Shown here: piece by piece, positions 40,380 to 51,170 of the stretch
Position numbering within the stretch: the stretch's first letter is position 1
Layout of the letters: each line of letters opens with the position of its first letter
Assembly: GCA_040954595.2 (NCBI GenBank)
Contig: CM082597.2
Span: 4,841,244 to 4,905,243 of the forward strand
DNA from: Balanoglossus misakiensis
Taxonomy: Eukaryota; Animalia; Hemichordata
DNA length: 64,000 bases
Reading direction: 5' to 3'
Made by a program: the position numbers and the translations under genes
The notes under the pieces: model-generated
Seen by the model: the letters and a program-made list of their open reading frames with translations, nothing else
What the model was told of the DNA's origin: nothing
Databases searched by the model: none

Positions 40380-41720
40380 TCACCGTCGGTTGGCGCTCTG
40401 CGTGCGATGTGATCCGTTGGCAAGACGATAACCTCGGTGAGAGTGTCGGCACGAGCCGTTGGCCCCGGCCTGCCGAGACGCGCCGTTGGCGGCGGCCGAC
40501 GATTTTCGCGTACGCGACGACCGCGACTGTGAACGCGACCTGTTGACGGATCTCTTGCGGTAGCTGTCGTCATTGGTGGTTGTCAGGGCGACATTGTCGC
40601 TGGAGCTCTCAAAGTCCGGGTCGATGCGACTTCCCTGGCAGCTGAGCACGCGCATGAATGCGGTTCTGAAGGTTTGGCTGAAGATGTTGTATATGACTGG
40701 ATTAATGGCGGCGTTGATGTACAAGAGCACACGCGTAACGTTCAAGACAAGGGTGTGTCTGCCGTACTCTTCGTTGAACATCATCATCAAACCCATTCCC
40801 CGAAACGAGCCAACGAATATAAGATAGACCGTCACAGTCACGCCCAACATTCTGATCAGCTGTCTTTTCGCGGCCATGGAATTGGCGTTTTTAACTTTCG
40901 CCGCGCGAACGAAGCGGTTAGCGTCGCGTAGCTTTAGCAACATGAGGACGTAGAGTGTGACGAGGACAGGCACAAAGCAGAGGAAAATGATCTCGTCGAT
41001 CTTCCCGAAGAGCACGTAGAAGTCACACCAGTCCCTGCCGTTCAGGGTGGTGTTCCCCGGCACGCACGGGTAGCAGGAGATGGAGGAGTCGGGGAAGGTG
41101 TCGTTGTAGGGCGGGGGCGCCCTCCAGTCCAGGTGCCACTTGACCACGTCCGGGAAGTAGGCGTGCGGGGTGGCGTAGAGCGCCGCCGCCACCCAGATGA
41201 TGCCCGCCACGCTGACCGCCTTGCGGCGCGTGCGGATGGTGCGGAACTTCAGCGGCCAGCACACGGCCAGGTAGCGCTCGATGGTCAGCGTCAGGATGAT
41301 GAAGCAGGACACGCCCTGGGTTACGCGCGGTCCATACGACAGCAGCTTGCAGCCGACGGCGCCAACCAGCGTCCAGTCGTTGGCGATATGTTCGCTTTGA
41401 ACCACGTACATCAGGAACTTGGGCGGCACGACCATCAACAGGAAGAGCAAATCCGACATGGCGAGATTGACTAGAAAATAATTAGTCACCGTTCTCATCT
41501 CCTTGACTCGCAGGATGACGAATATTGTCAGCACGTTGCCGAAGCAACCGATGATGAAGACGATGGGCATGGCGATCGTTAAAATGGCGGCGTCCTCTGC
41601 CGAGACTAACATGTCGTCGATATTTCGTTCATTGATGACGTATATTGGATTGCCGTCCGATGCCTCCTGGTAATAATAACTGTCGTATGAACGGAACGAC
41701 GTGCTGTTATACGTATCCAT
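40380..41720 (-). CDS. Class A (rhodopsin-like) GPCR, peptide-receptor-like (neuromedin U / ghrelin-motilin / TRH / ETH receptor-type motifs), 446 aa, single coding exon
   Basis: Part of ORF 40380..41756. ATG at 41720 is in a strong Kozak context (atcaccATGg). Seven hydrophobic segments with GNxL (TM1), TVTNYFLVNLAMSD (TM2), GCK...ERYLAVCWPL (TM3), IW...P (TM4), KRQLIRML (TM6 start) and LYINAAINPVIYNIFSQTFRTAF (TM7/helix 8). N-terminal NST sequon. Stop TGA at 40382-40380. The exact orthology cannot be fixed by eye. Confidence 0.95.
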   Translation of the reverse strand: MDTYNSTSFRSYDSYYYQEASDGNPIYVINERNIDDMLVSAEDAAILTIAMPIVFIIGCFGNVLTIFVILRVKEMRTVTNYFLVNLAMSDLLFLLMVVPPKFLMYVVQSEHIANDWTLVGAVGCKLLSYGPRVTQGVSCFIILTLTIERYLAVCWPLKFRTIRTRRKAVSVAGIIWVAAALYATPHAYFPDVVKWHLDWRAPPPYNDTFPDSSISCYPCVPGNTTLNGRDWCDFYVLFGKIDEIIFLCFVPVLVTLYVLMLLKLRDANRFVRAAKVKNANSMAAKRQLIRMLGVTVTVYLIFVGSFRGMGLMMMFNEEYGRHTLVLNVTRVLLYINAAINPVIYNIFSQTFRTAFMRVLSCQGSRIDPDFESSSDNVALTTTNDDSYRKRSVNRSRSQSRSSRTRKSSAAANGASRQAGANGSCRHSHRGYRLANGSHRTQSANRR

Positions 41721-41727
41721 GGTGATT

Positions 41728-41750
41728 CTGCAAAATAATGACAAGAGTGA
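41728..41750 (-). other. 3' splice acceptor just upstream of the GPCR start codon
   Basis: Minus strand reads tcactcttgtcattattttgcAG|aatcaccATGG: a pyrimidine-rich tract plus CAG, 7 nt before the ATG. Confidence 0.7.
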
Positions 41751-44009
41751 CACCACAGTTACTACAGAGTCTTAGAGTCAATGCCATAAAAGAAAATTAA
41801 ATAATATAAACGCAACATGTGCTGTTCCTGAAAATAAGATATACATTTGTATCGGTACAGTACATCTTGACAGAGATTATCATAGAAAAGATAAAGAAAA
41901 TCCACTATGATTGTTTCCACCAACCGAACTTTTGTGGAAGTTATAGCTTCACAAAGAGAAAACAATAAACAAAACAAAACAAAATTATTTGCTTGGGGAA
42001 TACAGGCACGTTGGTTGTTAAGTATTATTATGAGACTGATGTGAGGGCTTTTACAGATAAAAGTTCGTAAGGAGAACTTATCTGTCACAATATATTTCAT
42101 GACAGGCAGTCTTGTGTTCGTCGACGCGATATGTAGACATATGGCTAGAAATACCTTGAATTACTGCGAAACGTGCGCCTGAAATCCGAGACTTTTCACG
42201 AGACCTTGTTCTTTGGGCACGTAATGTTTGGAAACATTTTTTATCCAAGTAAACAGTTTTCGCTAAGGTTCCATTATTCAGAGTACACATACACGTGGAA
42301 GTTGTGTGAGGTTTTAGTAATACCCTAACCCACCCCAAATCAGACAATTACAATGACGTCAACCAAAATACACCTCTACTCTGGTGCATCCATTATAGAG
42401 GCTTTCCACAAACAGTGTAATATTACAATATTCTCCTGGGCGGATTTCAGCTTGTCGCAAGTTATCGAGAGTATAAGAGAAAATACCCACGGACGTGCGT
42501 GCGTGCACACACGTGGTGATAAAAACACACACATAAAAAAACCAAGTCTGTTCGTTTATAGCTTAAAGTTAAAGTCACGGTGGCCGGATTATGTGTACAT
42601 GAGCTCTTGAATAGGTTGTAAGTAGGTTATACAGTCCACTAAAAACGTACATGTTTGGCTAATAAATAAATTTATAACCTCCATGCTTTTCTCTAGGCGA
42701 TAATCTGCCATGTGCCATGGTCAACTTTAGTGCTTCGGTTTGCTGTGTTATATCGAGGAACGATCTCTCGTTTTATAGTATCAACATCAAACATTTCAAG
42801 TCACTCACCATGTACGATTCATAAAGTCAGTCCACCAATAATAAGCAGAGTGAGACTACGTTCATTGGCTGCTCTGTTTTTGTTGTTGACGGCAACATAT
42901 CCGAGCAGTGTTACGACGACATTACCGAACGACGTCTGAAGAGGCAACTAAATTCTTCTCGGTACGCAACATCGCGTTCCTATTGCACAGGCGCAATATA
43001 TCATGTCACGTGGTTTTGTTTACGTGTATCGATATCGGTGCAGTGAACGGTAATTGAAACTTCACCTCCATTTAACATTGAATCTGTTTGTCATAGGTAA
43101 TAGCTGTAACCTTTGATAATACTAGTGTTTTCCGGTATTCTCCACAAACTAGTTTTTTGTGAGTGTCGGGTAGCACATTTTGAACATTAGGGGCAGTAAC
43201 TACAACTGTTGTTGACATTTTCATTTTTTGTACTCCATATATCTCCTAGAAATGCTTGTTATATTTTTAACAACATGATGAATATCATTTAATATCTGAG
43301 ATATTGTTCAGCTTGTCACCGCAGCCTTCATACATATAACCACTAATGTTAGTGTAAGCAATTTAATTTTAACAATAACACTCCACTGTTTATACGTGTA
43401 TATTCTCTGTTGACAAGGTGAATGCAGTAGCATTGAAACATGCTAGAACACGAATTATCAATCAGTTGTTGCGCAGATCAAAATAGTGAACAGTATAAAA
43501 TGATAGTGTGTATCACCGTTTTATTTACAATAAAGACGCGAAAATAATGCAAGAGGTTGTAGTTCACGAGTTTTTGACAGAGCGCGCAAGTGCCACGGTT
43601 GCTATGTGAACAATGTATGTACGAGTGAATTATTGGCGTGATTGACAATTGTTGACAGATCCCCGGGAATACCATTCAAAAATGCTTGTGTGAGAGTAAT
43701 TCTAACACCGTGGATAACATTGTCAAACAGGTGTCTTGTCGAAAACGTTCACATGATTGCAGACTGATCGGCTGAGTGTGTGTCATTGAGATGACACGCA
43801 CGCACCAACTGGTGAACGGAGGCCGGCCAGACGAGGCGGATTCCATCTGCGTCAAAAGTCAACGACCCCTGCCCTGCCTTAACGCCTTCTGCAGTGTTCG
43901 CCCTGATGGCAGAACGCGATCTGATTAAAATCAGATGTAGAATTGGCTCAATGGAATCTTTAGATTTGCTGATTCTTTGTTGATTGTTCTGCAGTGTGGA
44001 GGCCATCCC

Positions 44010-44125
44010 AGAACAGAACAGATCAGACCAGTCCAGACCAGACCAGACAAACCAGACCAGAACAGAGTAGGGCATGACAGAACAGAAGATAACGGAACAG
44101 AACAGAACAGATCAACAGAACAGAG
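44010..44125. repeat. Degenerate pentanucleotide microsatellite (CAGAA/CAGAC)n
   Basis: Runs of cagaa and cagac units. Confidence 0.85.
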
Positions 44126-44427
44126 CAGCAAAGACCCAGCAAATGCAAAGATCAAGCCAACTCTACATCTGTTTACAATCAGATTGGACAGGTCCTGCTG
44201 CATGGGCTATAGACTAGTGCCCAGGTCAAGCAAACCGGATACAATTTATTACATTTGCGGTCCAGTGTCTGCATTCCACCCACAGTCAACTGCAGACAGA
44301 TGGCAAAAACATGGAAAACTTCCGACCTGGATTTCTCTTTCAAAGTAAACGCAAATCACGTGTGCGTTTGGTCTTCTCTCGTGACACTTCTGAGCAATCG
44401 TAAAGTTAGGGCACAAGGCATCATATT

Positions 44428-44464
44428 TTAAGGTAGAATACGCCCCAAAACCAAAGTCTTGAAC
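44428..44464 (+). mobile_element. Terminal fragment of the same MITE family as 62208-62557
   Basis: ttaaggtagaatacgccccaaaaccaaagtcttgaac aligns with ttaaagtagaatgtgcctcgaaaatcagagtcttaaac. Confidence 0.45.
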
Positions 44465-44703
44465 AGTGTGTGTGGTTGTGTGTGGGCCTTATGAACGCTC
44501 TGTTTCTGACAGTCTCCCATTGACGTAAGCAAACGTTATTCCTCAGATAAACACTACAGTGCGTACCGGTCCAATCGTGCGTTAAACCCCGGAAAATCAC
44601 ACCCGTTGGCGTATAATCAAAAACACACTTTGCTGTGGGGGCTATATGGCAGGATGCATTATATGAAAACTAGTTTAGAGACTAAAAGGTTGCATGGTCC
44701 AAT

Positions 44704-44765
44704 TTTAGAGAAATCTCCTCTTATTAGGCCACATAGTACATTTTCTGAACATGAGTCTACCATAT
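44704..44765 (+). repeat. Dispersed repeat fragment, second copy at ~52826-52888
   Basis: Both sites share ttt.agagaaat...agtacattttctgaaca(t/c)ga.t.taccatat. Confidence 0.55.
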
Positions 44766-44924
44766 AGACATATCGTATAGAAACATAAAGTGCTGAAACT
44801 ATATTTTGGATGAATATTTAATTGAGACTGACCATGCTCCTATAAATTTCTAAAATCTAAATCATTGGTGACTTCTGTATTACAAAAGCTTGACATTCTA
44901 AAAGCAACTTACATGTAGTCCGGA

Positions 44925-45030
44925 ACAAAGAAACAAAAACACAAACAATAAAACGAATAAATAAATAAACCAACGAAATAAACAAATAAGTAAACAAACA
45001 TACAGAGCAAACAAACAAACAAACAAACGA
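44925..45030. repeat. (AAAC/AAAT)n microsatellite
   Basis: Direct reading. Confidence 0.85.
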
Positions 45031-46037
45031 CACAAAGTTGGACCAGGACACTGCGTCAGAGAGGTACACACATTCAATTCACTAATAGGGTGGATCCCCA
45101 TGGGCGCGTTCCCACATACGTTGCCTGCGGTGGTATACACACATAATGCATTTAAGACTGAATTACTGCGAAAAGGTTAATGCAATCTGGATGGAAGAAC
45201 GCATTATTGTTTGATGAAAGGAGTCGCCGCTTTCTCTCTCAGCGAAGCGCACTGGCATACTGCGTCCGAGTTGTTTTCTAGGAAGGGGGCAAGCATATAT
45301 TTTTTATCGCTGATTCCTAGAAGTAATGTCGAGGAAAGTGATTTGAAGCGATTTGGTCTACCTTTTATCAGAGGATCCTGAATGTATTGACAATATGACA
45401 ATAGAGCGCACGCAGGGTTGTTGCCTGGGAAACAGGATGGAGCAAGAAGTTATGGAGGATTTTGACGCGGAAGGTGGTTCTACCCAACGGGTGATGTACT
45501 GGTATCACACCATGGACTGGTTTAATCAACCCCACGTTCAAGATGTACGCAATTTCCACCATCTGACGGTCAATTGATCCTCTGTCTGACGCGGTCGATC
45601 GCTTCCGCACGAATCCGGTTTCGATGTCGTGTGACACACTTTCCTGGGAGGCTTATGGGTAAAGGAGATGTCAGAAATCACGGCTGAAGATATGATATTG
45701 CTTGGTGAATCTTAAATCGGTAAATAGAAGAGACAGACCGCACGTAACGCGGTTAATGATCTTCACGGACAAGTTGGTTCAGTTCCATGGTTGCCTTCTC
45801 GTGCGTGTTTTGCCGCGGGCAAAATGTACTGCGAGCCGTCACTGTATGCCACCAGCATCGTTGTTTGCACATATCTCGTGCGCTGATGGTGATTTTTTGT
45901 TTGCGTCAATGTCTCGTGGTCATCTGGAATCTCAGTCGGGGCAGTGTTCTGAATGCAATCGCGTGACGTCGAGATTTAGATGTTACTGGTACATTGTGCG
46001 GAGGTGTGCGTGTCTGATATCTGTTATCTCCCCCAGA

Positions 46038-46170
46038 ACTCTCTCTCCCTCCCCTGTCTCTCTCCCACTTTCTCTCCTCTCTTTCTCTGTCTCCCCTCTC
46101 TCTCGTCTCCCCTAGAACTCTCTTCTCTCTCTCCTCTCCTCCCCCTCTTTCACTCACTCCCCCCCCCCAC
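46038..46170. repeat. Polypyrimidine (CT)-rich low-complexity tract
   Basis: ~130 nt of nearly pure C/T. Confidence 0.85.
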
Positions 46171-47169
46171 TCAAACCTCTCTCGGGACTCTTTAACTGTT
46201 TAACCACTTATGCGCAACTCCTGCCATTTCTAGTTCCATCGAACGTCATTCAGAACACACTTTGTGACGTACATTCGTATCTGACGTGCACGGTTCCGGG
46301 CTTAATCGACTTGTCAAAGACCCTCTTTGATAAGCGATGCACAAAAGACTGCATAGAAATAAATGCAAGAAAAGAGTGGATTTATTTCACAATTACGTCA
46401 GTGCATATACTCTTGAAAGTGTTGAAGGTATTATGTAGAATGACAGACACTTAACCGGGCACTCAATCCCTGACCTCTGCGATAATCGCGTGCATCCCCG
46501 CTGAATGGAATGAAAGACTAGTTTGACAAACCCGTCGTCGCGAAATAATCCCACTGTGACGCAAAAAACACCGATCCCACAACTCAGTAAAGTCGACGAC
46601 TGTGTCTGTAACCTTTTGAAATGTTCCCAGTATTTTGAATATATATTTCCAGTATTTAGTATATTTGAATTTGTTTTCTTATTTTCCACTACAGTCGAGC
46701 TTGTGTTAGTGGCCGTCATTTTTAAGTCCTTACAGGTGCAATTTACATTACATGACCTGTCTATAAAGGCCAACTGTCTATAAAGGCCAGTCTCTTGAAT
46801 AACCACAGTGACTATAACTTGTTTGACTGCATTTTGTAAGCTTGCGAACCACAATGTCTGCCCTCGTGGCTATAGTATTCCAAAATAGCGTGACCCGAAT
46901 TTCTGCTCATGAACAAGTCATGTGCATGTACCTGTGTGAAGCGATTATCGTTATTTGTTGACAGATAATGCTAGAACATACAAGTCCAGACACGAATGCA
47001 ATTATTTTAACAGTGGTCGATCATTCTCGCATGGTCTGTAGTTAGACGACAGGCGTTTTAATCATGCTTTTGAGGTCAAAGAAGAAACGACGGTTGATAC
47101 ACAAAACATAATTGCCGGAAAATAGTCAAATTACAGATGCCAACTCGTTAAATTCACAACAGCACTTAC

Positions 47170-47310
47170 CAGGGAAGAGGCGAAGATGCGATCACGAAAG
47201 GGAACACAGTGTCTTCGTTTGTCAGAGAAATCTTTGAACACACAGACATCTGGCGAGTACATAAATGCGCGCACCAACCACAACGACGGGACTACCACGC
47301 ACAGTCACTG
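47170..47310 (-). other. Putative non-coding first exon of the GPCR gene
   Basis: Minus strand ends in a consensus donor cctG|GTAAGT (intron starts 47169). It lies just downstream of a TATA-like element and a CCAAT box. The 5' boundary is approximate. Confidence 0.4.
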
Positions 47311-47319
47311 TGGTAGACA

Positions 47320-47395
47320 CACCCATCATATAAAGACCTGTCTCTCACCCCGGGCGTAGGCGGCCCCCTTTATCATCATTTACGCCAATCATGCA
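47320..47395 (-). promoter_or_regulatory. Putative core promoter of the GPCR gene
   Basis: Minus-strand TTTATATGA at ~47326-47334, a GC-rich stretch (cccgggcgtagggcggcccc) and gccaatc at ~47384-47390, all directly upstream of the candidate first exon. Confidence 0.3.
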
Positions 47396-48159
47396 GATTC
47401 GTGCCAGCATGATCGCCCCCCCCCCCCCGTTGTGTGTATCACCGAATACACATCACGAAAACAGTCAGAGAAGAGAAAAAAAACTGTATTGACGTCCGGT
47501 GCATAACAACTTCCTGAGTGCATCGCGCGCAATTTAACTCGAACTCAGAAATACTGGGTGCGTGTCATGAATTTGCTGCTTCAATGCTTTGCCATGACAA
47601 CTTACCAACTGAGATGAAAACGACTTGGTTCTACTTAGAGGTCAATTCAGAGACGAAATTGACTGTTTACATGTATACCCAACAACTCGATCGATGTAAC
47701 CTCAAATCTAATGTTGTTTTCGTTGAATAACAACTGTTCAAATATACACCATAGATCTGCAACGGTTTCGTTTGTTAATAAGATTCTGCGATATGCTATT
47801 TTCAGTACTTTGCTTGGAGTGTGTATTTATTTTAGACTGAACGCTAATTTCAGTGTAATTATCGTTTCCAAAAACAGCCGTGTGTTTTGGGGTTCAGGAA
47901 ATCTCATTACATGCGTAATGATTTTGTTTTCCTCTGTTGTAAACATTTTAAGCATTAAGGAGATTATCCGATATAAATATCCGAGTGTGTTGTCCTTGTC
48001 TTAAAAGATTCTAACTTTAGATGTGGCCTCGGTCGTTTGCCACGAAAGCTGTGGTGGAAACTATCAGATATTTCCCCACTAAGTATGATATGGAATTTGC
48101 CCTACCCCACAAACAAATAACACTCCGAATCCCACGGAGCATTTCCAAAACAACGGCGT

Positions 48160-48240
48160 GACGCCCACCAATCCAACGACACCTGGTCATAGAAACTGAC
48201 CAATCAACGTTACTAGACTCAAAATGTGTGACGTCAACCG
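48160..48240. promoter_or_regulatory. CCAAT/CRE motif cluster
   Basis: Two CCAAT motifs (~48168 and ~48200) and a full palindromic CRE TGACGTCA (48229-48236), ~0.9 kb upstream of the candidate GPCR TSS. Confidence 0.2.
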
Positions 48241-48718
48241 TGCAAATACTTCACCACCTTTTCATTTTGTTTACAGGCGACTTGAAGAAAGACCCTAATG
48301 TCCTAAACAGATACCAGTGAACTCACGTGTACTATTCTGCCTGTTGTTCAAATCAAGCATCGGCTACTATGCATTACTGTGCCTGACAAATACGATATGA
48401 ATGGACGGGTCGAGTTACTGATAATGTTGCCGATGATATTCGGAGAACGCAGTTACACAACCTAGAAGCCGGTTCTAATGAGACTTGTGACCCCGCTAAA
48501 GAGAAACCAATTCCGTTCTTCACTGTAGATTTGTAACTCAATCACCGCATCTGTTTTGCTCCTTGTTACGCAAACCGGTCGACGCGTAAAACTGTCAATA
48601 AACTTGTCAGACACGCCGTGTATGTGTTTAGCCGTCGCTTCTACAAATCGACCTTGTCTTTCCTGAGTCTCTACATATGTTATGGAAAATACACATCTAC
48701 TTGCTGATACCAAATAAG

Positions 48719-48776
48719 ATGTCTTGTCTTGCCCTCTTGTCTTGACTTGTCTTGTCTTGTCGTGTCTTATCTTGTC
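48719..48776. repeat. (TCTTG)n degenerate microsatellite
   Basis: Direct reading. Confidence 0.8.
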
Positions 48777-51170
48777 ATATCACGTGTTTTGCCTACACTG
48801 TATGCCTGGGACAATCATGGGAGTTTCAACTTTAAAATGAGAATTGTGTTGATATATACACTGTGCTATTGTCTTTTATCGATCGTATGCAAACCACAAT
48901 GCAAGTGGTAAAATATCTGAACGCAACACGCAGTTGTGGCATAGACAGTAGAGGGTTGTGCGTTCGTCGCCAGTGTACGAAAAGTTGCCTGCGGTTACAC
49001 TTCGGTAAGCACGTTTTACATTTTAAACTTGCTTTCAATTTTAATTATCGCCTCGAAACTTGAAGACGAGGAAATAAGGCAGCCAATGTGGGCTTCGGTG
49101 TGGCTCCCCGGACACACAAGCTGTTTAATGTGTCGACGGGTTTGATGAATATTCAGATGAGCGCGCAGAATCTAATGATGTGGTGCGCGTGGAATTTGCA
49201 TAGGTATGTCGTCAACAGTTGATTGTTGTCTCGCTGTTGGTTTTGTTTACTGACATGGCAATTAATTAGAGCACCTCCACGGGGAATCAAGAGCAAATGA
49301 GGTGACCGTGCGGTATCGTTGCCCTCTGTGTGTGTGGCCCATTCGGTCAGTACTATCTTGATAGCACTTGGCCAGGACACTGTCTGACAGCGTGCGGTCG
49401 CCGGTTGGTGACCTGGATAAAGTTGGTGGGGTAATCGCATTGTATTGCGCAATTGACGAGTTGATGTGCATTTTATAAGACTGTCTGATACATTGTGTGT
49501 AAAAAAGGCAGCCAGACAGACAATAGACAGACAGAGAGACAGACAGAGAACTGTGAATGAGGCTAGGACTGGGATGAAACACACAGCCATCCACAACTGT
49601 GCTGAGGCGCTAACACCCACCCTGGATTTATGGTTGCCTATAAAACACTTGGTGATAACCCGCGTCTTATGTGATTTGTAGAGATTGCCGGGCCATATAA
49701 CAATGGAAAACAATTATTGGCACATGTCCCCAGCTACCATCGCGGCACCCTTTTTATTGTACTAATGATGTCATAAGGCATCAGCAATGAAGAAAGACAG
49801 AACCCACAACGACCCTTCAATTGAAATTGCTTTTGCGTTCATCAAATCCGGGTCACTCACTAGTATGCCAATCTCGTCTGCGCAATGGCAAATGTAACTT
49901 TTGATTTGTTGAAATAGTTCTCCCGGGGCGCCAACGGCAAACACAGGTGCCATCAATTCCTGCCTCAGTTCTCGCGACTTTAATAAGACACGCTACGAAT
50001 GCCTCCCAGGTCAGACAACAGCTGCCCCAGGTATATACATGTAATAAACTGGTTTGATGACGAACTTAAATTTTATTCCAAAATCGACAAACGATAAGAC
50101 CAATTATCGAGAGGCCTGCTGCCACTCGATTTTATTGGAATATGTTCTTTATCGCATATTAAAAAGTTTACTTAGATTTTCGTAAAAGCGTGCACCGCCT
50201 TTTCAATGAACTGATGCTTAGTAACCGTACGTTGATTGTTACCATACGTTGGACTATTGCATAGCGATGGCGGATTGAGTCGATTGAGTCAAAAACGTGC
50301 CTGCAAAGCTCCATCTGCGGGGTTAGACTTGTTTTCAGAAGAGGGGATGTTATTTTACTCATGCTGTGTGCTTGAGTTGAATTAATTGGCGCCGAGAAAA
50401 CAAACTTGCACATGACTTTGACATTGGAGACATGCGAAGTTGATGTTTTTGTTGAACACTGGATTCCACTATATATAACAACAACTATGGCAGCCCCACA
50501 CTTGACTTGGCTAAATGCAATGCATGTGTGTCGACCACGACTCTATGCTCACATTATCCCGTTATTTTCAATGTTCATGCTCTCCAAAAATAATCTTATA
50601 AAATTTGGATACTGGACTTAATAACTAGACGCCAAAGCATCGATTTACCATGAATTTGACAAATTTAGATATATAATGTCACATGCAAATTATCTGGATA
50701 TAGAAGGTTCCTGGCCTGTCCGGACAAACATCTAAATACAAAGCACAACATCCAATTAAAACAGTTTAATTGAAGTGTACGTTGAAAGCAACACTGTAAT
50801 ATACGTCTCGTTTAAACATGTACCAGGAAAGCCAATTTTCTCAATTTACATGCAAACGTTCACAATGACGCCAAATATCAATGAACAAAATGCACCAAAG
50901 ACAACATTATTTTCTCCTGATGTGGTTTACCGTTAGGTAACATTCACTGAAAATTTATGCAATTTAACGCAAACCCGGACAGCGAATGGCTTGTCAGCGA
51001 ACGTGAGGACATGAATAGTTTTCTTCTTTTCTATACAGTAGTCTTAGTAGTAAATAACGATATTTTCCTTTATACCAGTCACGATCCAAATATATCTCAT
51101 AATGGGAAAAGATGGTATGGATAATCTCTTTCCTGACTTGTCAGTTACAATTTTCCCGGCGATAAAAGGA

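Noticed and set aside
40144-41474. Overlapping and antisense ORFs around the GPCR (e.g. 41133..41474, 41023..41262, 40573..40827, 40319..40573)
   Set aside because: Shadow ORFs caused by GC-rich codon usage; no independent motifs.
41721-41756. N-terminal extension MVSLLSLFCRIT from the GTG start in the ORF track
   Set aside because: It overlaps a splice-acceptor polypyrimidine tract, and the ATG at 41720 has a strong Kozak context.
43749-46195. ORFs such as 43977..44348, 44857..45069 and 45906..46157
   Set aside because: They are open only because they cross stop-free microsatellite or low-complexity tracts.
49153-49713. 186-aa minus-strand ORF
   Set aside because: Non-ATG start, partly spans a (GACA)n-like tract, and has no recognisable domain or codon bias.
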